A DNA stretch of 64,000 nt from Macrostomum hystrix (lineage: Eukaryota; Animalia; Platyhelminthes): NCBI GenBank assembly GCA_950097015.1, contig CATNEN010000039.1, forward strand, positions 1,798,001-1,862,000, given 5' to 3'. Below the pieces are notes generated by a model. It saw only the letters and a program-made list of their open reading frames with translations. It made no database searches and was not told where the DNA came from. The position numbers and the translations under genes are program-made. How positions within the stretch are numbered: the stretch's first letter is position 1; every line of letters begins with the position of its first letter. Positions 1-11,922 of this stretch are shown here, piece by piece.

Positions 1-3000
1 AATCCCAGTTCGCTGATTGACATTGTGCGCAAATACCTGGAGCAGGCGGATCGCAAGACCGAAGAGGCGCGCCAGCGTTCGAAAGCTGCCGTGTCCGCCG
101 AGCAGGAAGAAGTTGACGATCTGGACGTCATCGAGACGCCCGAGAGTCTCATGATGTCGGCTGTCAGCGGCGAGACAACGCAGGATCGCTCGGATAGGGC
201 CATCCTGGTGCCCTGGCTGAAGTTCATGTGGGAAAGCTACCGCCAGTGCCTGGACCTGTTGCGCAACAACAACAAGCTCGAGCGGCTGTACCACGACGTG
301 GCCCAGATGGCGTTTCGCTTCTGCGAGAAGTACGGCAGGAAAACGGAATTCCGCAAGCTCAATGACATCCTGCGCAGTCACCTAGGCAAGTTCCAGGCCC
401 AGCTGGCTTCTGGCCAGCCTGTGCCCACCACCGGTGTCAACCTCAGCAACCCCGACACCCAGGGCTATCACCTGGAGACTCGCCTATCCCAGCTGGAGTT
501 CTCCATGAATCTGGAACTCTACAACGAGGCCTACAAGTCCATCGAGGACATCTGGAATCTCGTCACGCTGTCTAAGAAGTCGCCAAAGCCGAGCATCATG
601 GCCAACTATTACACCAAGGTGGCTCTGGTGTTCTGGAAGTGCGGCAGTCACCTATTCCATGCTGCCGCTCTGCACAAGCTCTTCAATTTGCACCGCGAGC
701 ACAAAAAGAATATGGCCAGCGAGGAGCTGCAGGTGAGCAAGTGGGAGATGCTGTGCTCCAAGTTTTACATTACCAATCATTTTTGAGTTCGGCTGATCTG
801 AGATTTGGAATGCTCAAATTTTTTATAAGGCATTTAGTAAGGCATGCCATTAGGAAAAGTCATTGTTAAGCACGGCATGGGTGAGTCTGCCATTTGTGAG
901 TACAGTATGAAACTATTTATTGATTATTGCAGTATGAAACTATTCACTGATGAGTACAGCATGAGTCTATTGATTGATGAGTACAGCATGAGTCTATTGA
1001 TTGATGAGTACAGTATGAATCTATTGATTGATGAGTACAGCATGAGTCTATTGATTGATGAGTACAGCATGAGTCTATTGATTGATGAGTACAGCATGAG
1101 TCTATTGATTGATGAGTACAGCATGAGTCTATTGATTGATGAGTACAGCATGAGTCTATTGATTGATGAGTACAGCATGAGTCTATTGATTGATGAGTAC
1201 AGTATGAATCTATTGATTTATGAGTACAGTATGAGTCTATTGATTGATGAGTACATTATGAGTCTATTGATTGATGAGTACAGTATGAGTCTATTGATTG
1301 ATGAGTACAGCATGAGTCTATTGATTGATGAGTACAGCATGAGTCTATTGATTGATGAGTACAGCATGAGTCTATTGATTGATGAGTACAGTATGAGTCT
1401 ATTGATTGATGAGTACAGCATGAGTCTATTGATTGATCAGTACAGCATGAGTCTATTGATTGATGAGTACAGTATGAGTTTATTGATTGATGAGTACAGC
1501 ATGAGTCTATTGATTGATGAGTACAGCATGAGTCTATTGATTGATCAGTACAGCATGAGTCTATTGATTGATGAGTACAGCATGAGTCTATTGATTGATG
1601 AGTACAGTATGAGTTTATTGATTGATGAGTACAGTATGAGTCTATTGATTGATGAGTACAGCATGAGTCTATTGATTGATGAGTTCAGTATGAATCTATT
1701 GATTTATGAGTACAGTATGAGTCTATTGATTGATGAGTACATTATGAGTCTATTGATTGATGAGTACAGTATGAGTCTATTGATTGATGAGTACAGCATG
1801 AGTCTATTGATCGATGAGTACAGTATGAGCACGGTCTGAGACGAGCTCAGGTCACTGGTGAGTTCCCCTGCCCGCCCGCAGACCATGGCCAGCACTGTGC
1901 TGTGCGCCACGCTGGCCATTCCGCTGCCGTTCGTGCGGGATCGGCACGCGGATTCGCTGCTGGAGTCGGGTGAGATCGCCAGCACAGCCAAGCAGAAGAT
2001 GCTGTGCAGCCTGCTGGGCATGTCCATACCGCCTAGTCGGCGATCCCTCTGCGCCGACCTTGTCCGCGGAGGCATTGTTGAGCTGGCCCACCCGGAGCTG
2101 GCCTCGCTCTATGCTCAACTTGAGCAGCGTTTCCAGCCGCTCAAACTGGCCGAACGATGCTCGCCAGGTCTTCAAGTGGTTCGAGCCAATCTTAAATTGA
2201 GCCAGTACGGCCGGCCAATTGAGGACATGTTGATCTGCCGCACCTTGATCCAGGCTGCTCAGGTGTATGCCAGCATCACCCTGCCTAGGTTTTCAGCTCT
2301 GTTCCCATTCTGCGACCGGCTGCGCCTGGAGACCACGGTTGTTGAGGCCGCTAGGAATCTAGAGATACCGGCGCGCATCGACCACAGGCGGGGCAGCCTG
2401 CTGTTTGGCGGCTTCTCTCAGCTGGGCATCTCCCAGCGCGAGGAGGGTGTGCTCAGCGACGGGCCCAGCGTCAAAACCGCCGACCAGTTGAGCAGGCAGC
2501 TCGTGTTGCTGGGCAGTGCCCTGCAGGTAAGGGCTCAGCACTCACTCTCCTTCCTCCTTACTAGCTTCATCTGCTTCTCTCTTCCTCTCTCTCTCCCTCT
2601 TCCTCTCCCACTCGAGCTCTCTCTTTCTCTTCCTCTCTCCTTTCTCCTTCGCCGCCTCCTCTTACTCGTCACTCCCTCTTTTCCTCTCTTCCTCTTCGGT
2701 ATTTCCCGTCTCCCCTTCTCCCTAAATTATTATGCCCTTTTTGTGTTGCCTATTCCCACTCTAACCATGAGCTCTTTATCTCAATTTATGTCTTATTTTA
2801 GTAATTTATTAGTGTTGCTACTTGCAGTACTACTATTCAAGCGCGTCAAATTATTTAAACAACTAAAAATTTTTCCGATATTCCACAGGGCGTCCTGACA
2901 ATCATCCAGCCGGACAAGGAGGCTCGGGCCGAGCAGCGCAAGACCCTGGCTCACAAGTATGGCCAGACTGCTTTGCGCGATCACCAGAAGCTGCTGCAGC

Positions 3001-5498
3001 GCAAGGAACTAATCGAGGAACGCAAGGAGTTCCTCGAGAATCTGCAGCAGCGACGCGAAGAGGAGGAACTCATGAAACAGCGCCAGCAGCAGGAGCGCAT
3101 TCTGCAGCTGGAGAGCGAGCGAATGGAGAAGGATCTGAAACGGCGCCAGGAGCAGCGGACTGAGCTTGAGCAGCGCAACATTCAGCTGAAGGTGTGGTCT
3201 CTGGGGATTCTTTTATGATGACATGCGGATGAAACGTGGAACATTTCGCCAATTCGTTTGAGGTCTCTATCTAGCAGCTGGTGTCTCTTGTCTAACAGCT
3301 GACATCTCTGCCTAACAGCTGCTGTCTCTGCCTAACAGCTGGTGTCTCTGTCTAACAGCTGCTGTCTCTGTCTAACCGCTGACATCTCTGTCTAACAGCT
3401 GGTGTCTTCTGTCTAACAGCTGCTGTCTCTGTCTAACAGCTGACATCTCTGCCTAACAGCTGCTGTCTCTGTCTAACAGCTGACATCTCTGCCTAACAGC
3501 TGCTGTCTCTGTCTAACAGCTGACATCTCTGCCTAACAGCTGCTGTCTCTGCCTAACAGCTGGTGTCTCTGTCTAACAACTGCTGTCTCTGTCTAACCGC
3601 TGACATCTCTGTCTAACAGCTGATTTATCTGTCTAACAGCTGACATCTCTGTCTAACAGTTAGGACTTTGCTACGCCGCCGTTTACACCTTGAGTTTCAT
3701 TCCCCGCCTCTCCTACTTGCAGGTGAAGATGGAGCGCATCGAGGTGCTGAAGGGCACCGAGGCTGGTAGGCGGGCGTTTGCCAATCTTGACGATGCCAAC
3801 CTCGAGGAGATCAACGCCGACGAAATCTTTGCTAAGCACGTCGAGAAGGAGCGTCGCGAACTGCAGGAGCGCGTGAAAACGCAGGAGAAGAAGCTGGACC
3901 ACCTGGCCAGGGCCAAGCGAATCGAAGAGATTCCGTTGCTCACCGCTGAATACGAAAAGCGCGCGGAGGAGGCGCGCCAACGCCACGACCAGGTGGAGAC
4001 GGAGCGCATCCGCGCCCTGCAGGAGCAGCACACCAGGCTGCTTCAGCTGAAGCGCGAGGCCAAGAAGATCATGCCGTTCAAAGTGGAATTTGAGGAGGCC
4101 ATTTTGGCCGAGCGGCGGGCCGAGTTTGAGCGTTGCATGGAGGACTGGCGCCAGCGCTTGGAATCGGCGCGCAAGCAGCGCCTGGCGGAGCGCAAGGCCC
4201 AGCGCGAACGCCAGCGACGCGAGGAATTCGTCCGCCAGCGACTGGCCGAGCTAGCCGCCCAGCGCGAGGCCAAGGAGCTAGCTGCCCGCGAGGAGAAGGA
4301 GCGGCAGATGCAGGAGGAAAACAAGCGGAAGCAGCAGCACTACGAGCAGCAGAAGGCCAAGCTGGACGAGCAGGCCAAGGCGCAGGCGCAGAAGGAGGCT
4401 GAAATTGAGGAGAGACTCAAAGTTCAGCGAGAGGGTGGCGGCGGAGGCGGTGCCGGCGGTCCCTCTGGCGAGAAATGGCGACCGGCTGGCGGCTCCAAGT
4501 GGCGCGAGCGAGAAAAAGAGAAGGAGGACAGCTTTAAGCGACCCAGCGAGACCTCGGGCAGCTGGCGTCCAAGCGGCGGCGGCGGTGTTGAAAGAACCCG
4601 CGATGAAAAGCCCCTTCGTCGTGACGAGCGCTCCGATCGGATCGAACGCGAACGCCGCGATGATCGGCGTGAGGATCGCCGCGATGAACGACGCCCCGAT
4701 GACCGCCCACGGGACGACCGCCGCGATGAACGCCCTCGTGACGACCGCCGCGATGACCGCCCACGGGACGACCGCCGCGATGAACGCCCTCGTGACGACC
4801 GCCGCGATGACCGCCCACGGGACGACCGCCGCGATGAACGCCCTCGTGACGACCGCCGCGATGACCGCCCACGGGACGACCGCCGGGATGAACGCCCTCG
4901 TGACGACCGCCGCGATGAACGCCCTCGTGACGACCGCCGCGATGACCGCCCACGGGCCGACCGCCGGGATGAACGCCCTCGTGACGACCGCCGCGATGAA
5001 CGCCCTCGTGACGATCGCCGCGATGACCGCCGCGATGAACGCCCTCGTGACGACCGCCGCGATGACCGCCCTCGTGACGACTACCGCCGGGATGACCGTC
5101 CCCGGATTGATCGTCCCCGCGATGATCGTCCCCGCGATGACCGTCCCCGCGATGACCGTCAGCCTTTCCAGCGCCGGGACGAGGGTCGGCGTGACCTCAC
5201 CGAAGGCTCCTGGCGTAGCAGCGGCGGCGGCGCGAAGGACGGAGGCAGCTCTGCGTTCAGCTCTTCCCGCAAAACCATCCTGCCGCGTCGCACCGCCGAT
5301 GAGTCCGACCGTCCAGATGCTGGGACGCCCTCCAGGCGCCAAGAGGATCGGCCTGAGTCTGGCGGCTGGCGATCCCAACAACAGCCGCAGCAGCAGCAGC
5401 AGCAGCCACCGCCGCAGTCGTCCAGACCTGAGGCGGCTCGCGATGCTGCCGAAGGTGTCGAAGCTGACGGCTGGACCACGGTTAGCAAGAAGAAGTGA
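1..5498 (+). CDS. EIF3A: Eukaryotic translation initiation factor 3 subunit A (5' end outside window)
   Basis: Exons <1-732, 1882-2526, 2889-3191, 3723-5498, all phase-0 GT-AG joins. Conserved eIF3a motifs (PWLKFMWESYRQCLDLLRNN, ETRLSQL, PCI-domain RIDH), coiled-coil region, RD-rich repeats and C-terminal DGWTTVSKKK. Confidence 0.96.
925..1830. repeat. 27-bp minisatellite in eIF3a intron (GATGAGTACAGCATGAGTCTATTGATT, ~33 copies)
   Basis: Direct tandem repeat inside intron 733-1881; explains the spurious SLLIDEYSM ORF. Confidence 0.95.
3270..3660. repeat. ~20-bp minisatellite in eIF3a intron (TCTCTGTCTAACAGCTGCTG variants)
   Basis: Tandem units inside intron 3192-3722. Confidence 0.92.
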
Positions 5499-5986
5499 GC
5501 CAGCTTTGGTCAACGGACTTGATCGCTTAGTTGCTGTTATGTGAAGCCTAGTAACACTAAGCAAGGCTTTAAAAGGCCTGTCCTCATTCTATTGGCTTTC
5601 CCTCTCCTTGCTCGCGGTACGCTGGTGTTGTTGTTTTTGCTGTGTTTTTCCATTCACCGTCAGTCTCCTTTCCTAGGATCCCCAATATTAGTCCGCGCTT
5701 TTCCCTCTTGTCTCGGTCTGCATTAGATCCCAATTTGAGTTCAAGGATTCTTGTAGCTGAGCTATCGTGATTGTGAGTAGCTTTTGGAATTCTCTCAGAT
5801 CGACAAATCTCGTATTTGTGTTATCATTGACAACAACCCACCCACCCCGCTTATTCTAAGTCGTGATTGGTTGCGTCGAATTCCCCATTCAATTGAGTAA
5901 TCGCTAGTTTCTGATCGGTGAGTTGGCAGTAACTCGGGCTGTTGTGCTTCTTGTACCCTGTGAGAATCGGTTTTAGTTAACTGAAT

Positions 5987-5992
5987 AATAAA
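5987..5992 (+). promoter_or_regulatory. Candidate polyadenylation signal for eIF3a
   Basis: AATAAA about 490 nt after the stop codon. Confidence 0.45.
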
Positions 5993-6167
5993 TTAAATAA
6001 TGAACTACAGTCTGAGACAGCTTTGCAGCCAGTGCTTGATACTCGCTATTTTTAAAGGCTGGCACAAATTATTTGTCATCTCTTGATAAAAACGTTTTCT
6101 GCTGGACAATGAAATCGTTTTCTGACTTGTTGTTTTATCAGCTAGCAATTTTACGAGATACACCATT

Positions 6168-6345
6168 AGTAGGCTTAGTAGTTAGGGCGTTTCATGCTTT
6201 TGGGTCGGAAGTTCGAATCTCAGCCCCAAGGAAAGCTATTTGTGTGCTCTAGCAAGACACTAAACAATTGCCGAGTGCTTCGGCTCAACCAGCTGTAAAA
6301 TGGGTGCCAGCATCAGCTGGGGGTCGAAATGAGGGCATCAGCTGT
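6168..6345 (+). mobile_element. tRNA-headed SINE, family B (degenerate copy)
   Basis: A-box-like TAGGCTTAGTAG, B-box GTTCGAATCT, then CCAGCTGTAAAATGGGT..CCAGCATCAGCTGGG, shared with the inverted copy at ~34600-34742. Confidence 0.55.
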
Positions 6346-6893
6346 TATAATAAAACTCAAATGGCAAACTCAAACTTGCTTTCTTACTGCTGTTATTGCA
6401 ATGCGACTCCAATTCAGGACAGACTGGCGCTCTGTGCTCAGATTCTTCTTAATCGCTTCCGCAGTTTTGGGTCCACAAAGGATTTTCTACGCTATTCTGA
6501 CTGACTTCCGTGCAATCACTTTTCTGGTCTGTGCAACTCGAATGCAACTCGTAGGCAAACAAAAGCATGCGTTTGCGAACCAATCAGCACCGGAACTGCT
6601 GGTTGAGCCAGCTGTTCTTTGGGCGATTGAGTTTTTGCGAATCGAGCGAACTTTAAAAAATAGTCTTTTTTGCATGTCCTGCTTGAAAAATAAGTAGATT
6701 CTTATCGATTGGCTCAAGAAAACCTGTGATTTTCACACTGCCATCGGTGCAAGCTGCATTAGTGCTCATGCTATCTCATGAGTAACCCCGGAGAGTCACG
6801 CGCCGAGGTCTCAAATTTAAATCCGCGGCAGCCGACTGCACCCACCGATTCCACCCGACTTTTTGGAGAGGCCCGAGCCAGTCTGAACCCGCC

Positions 6894-8740
6894 ATGTTGC
6901 GCTGGAAGATGATCCACCTGTTCGCCTTCCTGCTGCTGCTGTTCCTGAGCCTCGCTGGCCTGGTGGTCCATCAGGAGCGCATTGTACAGAGCGCATTGTA
7001 CAGAACTCTGCGAAGGGCTGGACTGGCCAAGCTCGCCGCCTTCGGCAACATCTGTCACGGCGTCCGTTGTCAGGCTGTCCTGGACTCACTGACGGCTGGA
7101 AAGGCTGACAGAGTGCCACGGATTCGGCACATCCTATGGAAGTCCGATGTCGTGTCGACTTACTTTGCCAAGCAGCTGAAGTCCTGGGCAATCATCCACC
7201 CTGATTGGACCTATGTTCTGTGGCGCGACTCCGACCTGCAGCTGCTGGTCTCCAAGCATTATTCAGGCGCTGTGGAGAAGTTCAGCTCGCTCAGTGAGCA
7301 AATCATGCGTGTGGACATGTCTCGCTACTTGATCCTGCACCGCGTAAGTGCAAAGCTTGTAGGTCTGTTGACAAAGACCTCTGAATGGATCCTGCACAGC
7401 GTGAGTGCAAAGCTTGTAGGTCTGTTGACAAAGACCTCTGAATGGATCCTGCACAGCGTGAGTGCAAAGCTTGTAGGTCTGTTGACAAAGACCTCTGAAT
7501 GGATCCTGCACAGCGTGAGTGCAAAGCTTGTAGGTCTGTTGACAAAGACCTCTGAATGGATCCTGCACAGCGTGAGTGCAGAGCTTGTAGGTCTGTTGAC
7601 AAAGACCTCTGAATGGATCCTGCACAGCGTGAGTGCAAAGCTTGTAGGTCTGTTGACAAAGACCTCTGAATGAATCCTGCACAGCGTGAGTGCAAAGCTT
7701 GTATGTCTGTTGACAAAGACCTCTGAATGAATCCTGCACAGCGTGAGTGCAAAGCTTGTAGGTCTGTTGACAAAGACCTCTGAATGAATCCTGCACAGCG
7801 TGAGTGCAAAGCTTGTAGGTCTGTTGACAAAGACCTCTGAATGAATCCTGCCGTTGGAAGTGCTGCTAAATAGCTGCGGCTGTGCCATATAATGTGGCTT
7901 TACATCTAAATCCAACTGTTGTTTGTAACTATAGCCAACAGAACAACAGAAACACAGCTAACATTAAAACGTCCCAATTAAGGGTCATGAGTCCCGTCAC
8001 TAGCTCGCACTTTCTCTCTCGTTTGTTGCAATCGCTACTTTCTCAAGCTAGGTTAAAAATGCCATTGCACTGTTCAGTTCGGAGGAGTCTATGCCGACCT
8101 GGACTACACTCTGCTGCGCCCTCTCGATCGGTTCCTGAAGTACCCGGCTGTCGTGCCCCTGGAGACTGAGGCGTTCGCGTTGCTCTATCACGGGATGCGG
8201 GTCTGGCCCGCCCCATTCCTCAACAACCCGGCCTTCATGCTGTCCGAGCCCGGCCATGCGTTCTTCCACTTCTGCATCCTCCGGCTGATGGCCAACCCTG
8301 CCAGGGAGGTGTTCACCTTTGCCGGTCCGCTGGGCCTCTCCTTCATGCTGAAGCGATTCGCCACCGATCATCGGGCAGCCTCCTTGAGCGTCAGCCAGGT
8401 GGTATTCGTGCCACCTTCCAGAGCTTTCGCGTCCTACACTAACAACAGCTTCGTCAGCAGTGCCAGCGAGTACAAGAATGGAATCATCGCCACCCTGAAG
8501 CACATCTGCAGCAGAGACGTGCGAAAGGCAGCTTCCGCTCCGGCGCCGCTCAGGGCCTACTGTCAGGATGTGTACAACCTGGACCCAATCACCAATCGGA
8601 GCGAGCTGGCGTACGCTGTACACGACAGCAACAAGCTGCGCTCGTCCTACGATCATCGCGGGTCGCCTCAGTTTTACGAGGATGCTGTGAATATCCGGAC
8701 TGTCTTACCCAACATAATAATGGCTGACAAACTCATCTGA
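6894..8740 (+). CDS. Glycosyltransferase family 32 (DXD; SUR1/OCH1-like) type II membrane protein
   Basis: Exons 6894-7343 and 8078-8740 (phase 0). N-terminal TM anchor, VPRIRHILWK, HPDWTYVLW, DMSRYLILHR|FGGVYADLD, and FAGP motif. Confidence 0.88.
7331..7850. repeat. 57-bp tandem repeat (~9 copies) spanning the GT32 exon 1 donor
   Basis: Unit GATCCTGCACAGCGTGAGTGCAAAGCTTGTAGGTCTGTTGACAAAGACCTCTGAATG; the first copy begins inside the exon. Confidence 0.95.
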
Positions 8741-9494
8741 CCAGGTGCGAACCAAATGGCTGGAATTGACACTGTCGAGATCCAACTCAGAGCAACTTGC
8801 CGCACTTTCCACTGTCCCTGGCCCTGAGCACACGCTCACAGATACACAATCACTCATTGTGCCTTGTAGTATGCATAGATTATATTCATAATAGTTCCCA
8901 GCTTTGTACTTGGTACTTGTCCCGGACTAAATTAAAAGTGCAAATTGAGTAGTTTTTCAAATCTATTGTCTCAACTTGTCCTTGTGTCGTTACGTATTCG
9001 AATATTTCTAAGCCCTGCCCTTTTATTAAACTGGTTAAGATGCATACGAACACCAATTAAGAATGCCTGGGAATAAAAAGCACTCATTCACGAATTTTAA
9101 CTGCGTTTACCGCCTCTAAATGAAAATTGACTTAAGCCATGCCAAGCGGTCAATGGCAGGGCCATAGACATCTGCCCGCTCAGCCGCTCAGAGGCGAAAA
9201 CGAGCGAGCGGTAGGCAAAGCAGCAGAGAATCGGGCAAGCGATAAACCTTAGTTTAGTAGTTTCTAGTGAGAAAGTCCCGCTTGTCAACAATGTACCATT
9301 TAGCGGCATAAACGGCTGCTTGCTGCTACCCGCTGTCCAAAATCTTTGCCAAATTGCTAACAAAATACTACACTAGAGTTCTCGCTCGAACTTTCTACAC
9401 CATCTGCGAGGCTAGGCAAGCACTGTACAGCGGCTTAGTGTCTGAAGTGAATTCCAGTGTTGGAGGGCTGAGTCCCAACGTTGAGCACCTACCA

Positions 9495-11532
9495 ATGGAC
9501 TCCCGACGGCGCCGCTCTTCACGCATCGGTCGCTGGCTGTGCGAAATCGGCGAATCAGACCGACAGAGCATGCCGGTGGACTTCAGCGAGATTGTCTCTC
9601 TCACTGGGCCAGTACGGTTAGCCCCAGCCGCTGTTGCGGTCTCCAGTGAAGTTCCCCCTCAGATCCAGCAGCAGCAGCAGCAACAGTTTCCACTGTCACA
9701 GCCACAGTCACTGCCACAGCCGCCACAGATTGTGCTACAGCAGCAGGAGGTTCAACAGAAGCAGCTGCAGCTGCCAGCCTCAGTGAAAACAGCTGCTTCT
9801 TCTAAGCAGTGCCAGCAGCAGCACTCGGTGGAAGCGGCTCCTTCAGTCCTCGTACAAGATTCATCGTTGGGCGACTGGGCCAGCGAGGAGTCGAGTTCGA
9901 GCAGTGCGTATTTCTGCTCATTTTATTGAACATCTTATTACATTCGAGCCGTTGCCTTAGCAGTAAGAAATTTGAATGCCTGGTCTCATTGCAGGCCTGG
10001 AGTCCACATCCACGGAGTCCAACTCGGACCTGAAGCAGTCCAGCGTGAATTCCTCTTCTCTAGCTTCTTCGTTGGATAGCAACAAGATGAAGGTCGTGCG
10101 GAGAGAGCATCAGCACCAGCAGCCGGTTCCGCAGCCGCAGCAGCCGCCACAGCAGCGCCAGTCGCATCAACCACGGGCGTCAATTCGGGGCAGCGGTGGA
10201 GGCCCGCCGCAAGCTGCTGCATCTGGCGACTCGGGCGTTGATCAGCAGCATCACCACAGCCTCAATCATCAGCAGCATCACCACAGCCTCAACCATCAGC
10301 AGCATCACCACAGCCTCAACCATCAGGAGCATCATCACCAGCAGCAGCAAAAGCACGCGCTGCCAAATAGCGTTGTGAGCAACTCCGCTTCAACAGCTGC
10401 CGCCGCTGCTGCAGCCGCTTCTGCACCAGCGGGCTCATCACCAGATGTGGCCGGAGTCACCTACTACTTTCACCTGAGCCGCAATTCAACTGGTGCTTCT
10501 GACCAGGTGAGCAAAGCCTTAGGGACTTATTTTGTGTGTTCAGTCGCTTTTAGTACATGAAGTAAACTTTGAGGGCCATGTTGTGAAGACGTCAAATATG
10601 TTAGCGATTCTGCTAGCGGCTCATCAAAGGGCGAATTTTTATAAGCAGTTCATTAAGCTGGAGTCCAAAAATCTTATAAAACTCGCAGGAGCTGCTGGCC
10701 CAGCTGAAGTCCATACGGGAAACGGACAGGCCGCTGCAGCAGATTGCAGCCAACAGGTCCGTGAGCATCGCCCTGGGCCGCGTGGTGGAATCCGTGCCCG
10801 GAGGTCATTCCGGCTACCAGCGCAAGGTGGTCATCCAGGGAGCTAACTGGCGCAGTGTCATTAACTCGGTGAACGACCTGAGCCGCCTGTACCCGGATCT
10901 TATGACTCAGGCCACAAGCGATGGTAGCGGCAGTGCCGGTGGGAATCCGCAGCAGCAGCATAAAGGTTAGAGGCGCCAAGATTGCATCTACGAGATTTGA
11001 TTTTGATCACTTTTGAACTTTTATCAAATTTGCAGCAGCCCAGGCTAACTCGGCTGCGCATCGGAAAACCGAATCTCCAAAGCAGCAGCAGCCGCAGCAG
11101 CTAAAGAACTCCGGTTCAAAGTCCCAATCGCAACAGTCTAGAAGTTCCTCTAAGAAGGAGAAACTGGCACAACAACAGCAACAGCAGCAGCAACAGCAGC
11201 AGCAGCAGCAGCAGCCGTCTCAGCCGCAACTGTCGTCTCCACCGCCGCCGCCGACATCCACCTCCGCCAAGGCGAAGCTGGCCCAGAACGTGCGCTTCCA
11301 GCTGACCACCCCGCAGCGGGAGAGCCTGTTCACCCAGGACGAGGCCGGGCGGCCCAGCCATCCGCGCCTGAAGAGCCTGCTGCTGTCGCTGCAGATGGAC
11401 ATGAGCATCTTGGAGCGCAGCGTCAGCGAAGACAATGTTCCCTCAGTTAAGGTGCGCTTCTTCTTCGAGGCCTTTGATCAGCTGACCGCCTTCTGCAAGG
11501 CCATAGACTATCAGCTGCCAACCCAGGCCTGA
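9495..11532 (+). CDS. Uncharacterised Q/S/H-rich protein with two compact, possibly KH-like domains
   Basis: Exons 9495-9903, 9995-10506, 10689-10965, 11036-11532 with compatible phases (1,0,1) and GT-AG sites; coding-like codon usage. Product assignment is weak. Confidence 0.7.
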
Positions 11533-11922
11533 CAGATTGTTTTGACATTTGGGCATGCAGGATGTCTACTCTAGTTCAGTTTAGGGGTCAGGGGTCAGTA
11601 AGCAGGTTCGAGTAAATATTTGAGTTGTTACAATTCAGTAGGCAAAAGCCTCTAGGCAGCGAAACTTTCTCTTCGTTTCTGGAGAGCTTAAGCACAGGTG
11701 CGAAAACTGTAGCGTCTTTTAGTTCTTAAATTTTAGCTGTCATCAGAGCTCAGTCAGTTTGTTAGTTTATCCCACATGTAGCACCTTTTATCATTTCAAA
11801 AGTACAATGCAACCTTTTAACCGCAGACTTTCTTTGAATCCCAGACAAAGGTGTACTTGCATTACTGCCAACTAGAAGGGCAAACAATTTTATCGGTGTC
11901 ATTGTTATTCAATCCTGCGTTA

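Noticed and set aside
844-1839. 331-aa SLLIDEYSM ORF and similar repeat ORFs (31378, 42843, 44565, 48488, 50006, 57168, 63023)
   Set aside because: Translations of minisatellites lying in introns or intergenic DNA; flanking genes splice around them in frame.
2527-2888. Hydrophobic TM-like extension of the 1858-2898 ORF
   Set aside because: Read-through into a CT-rich intron; eIF3a homology resumes at 2889.
4278-5564. Long antisense and alternate-frame ORFs over eIF3a, FHAD1 and others
   Set aside because: Expected shadows of GC-rich repetitive coding sequence; no recognisable domains.
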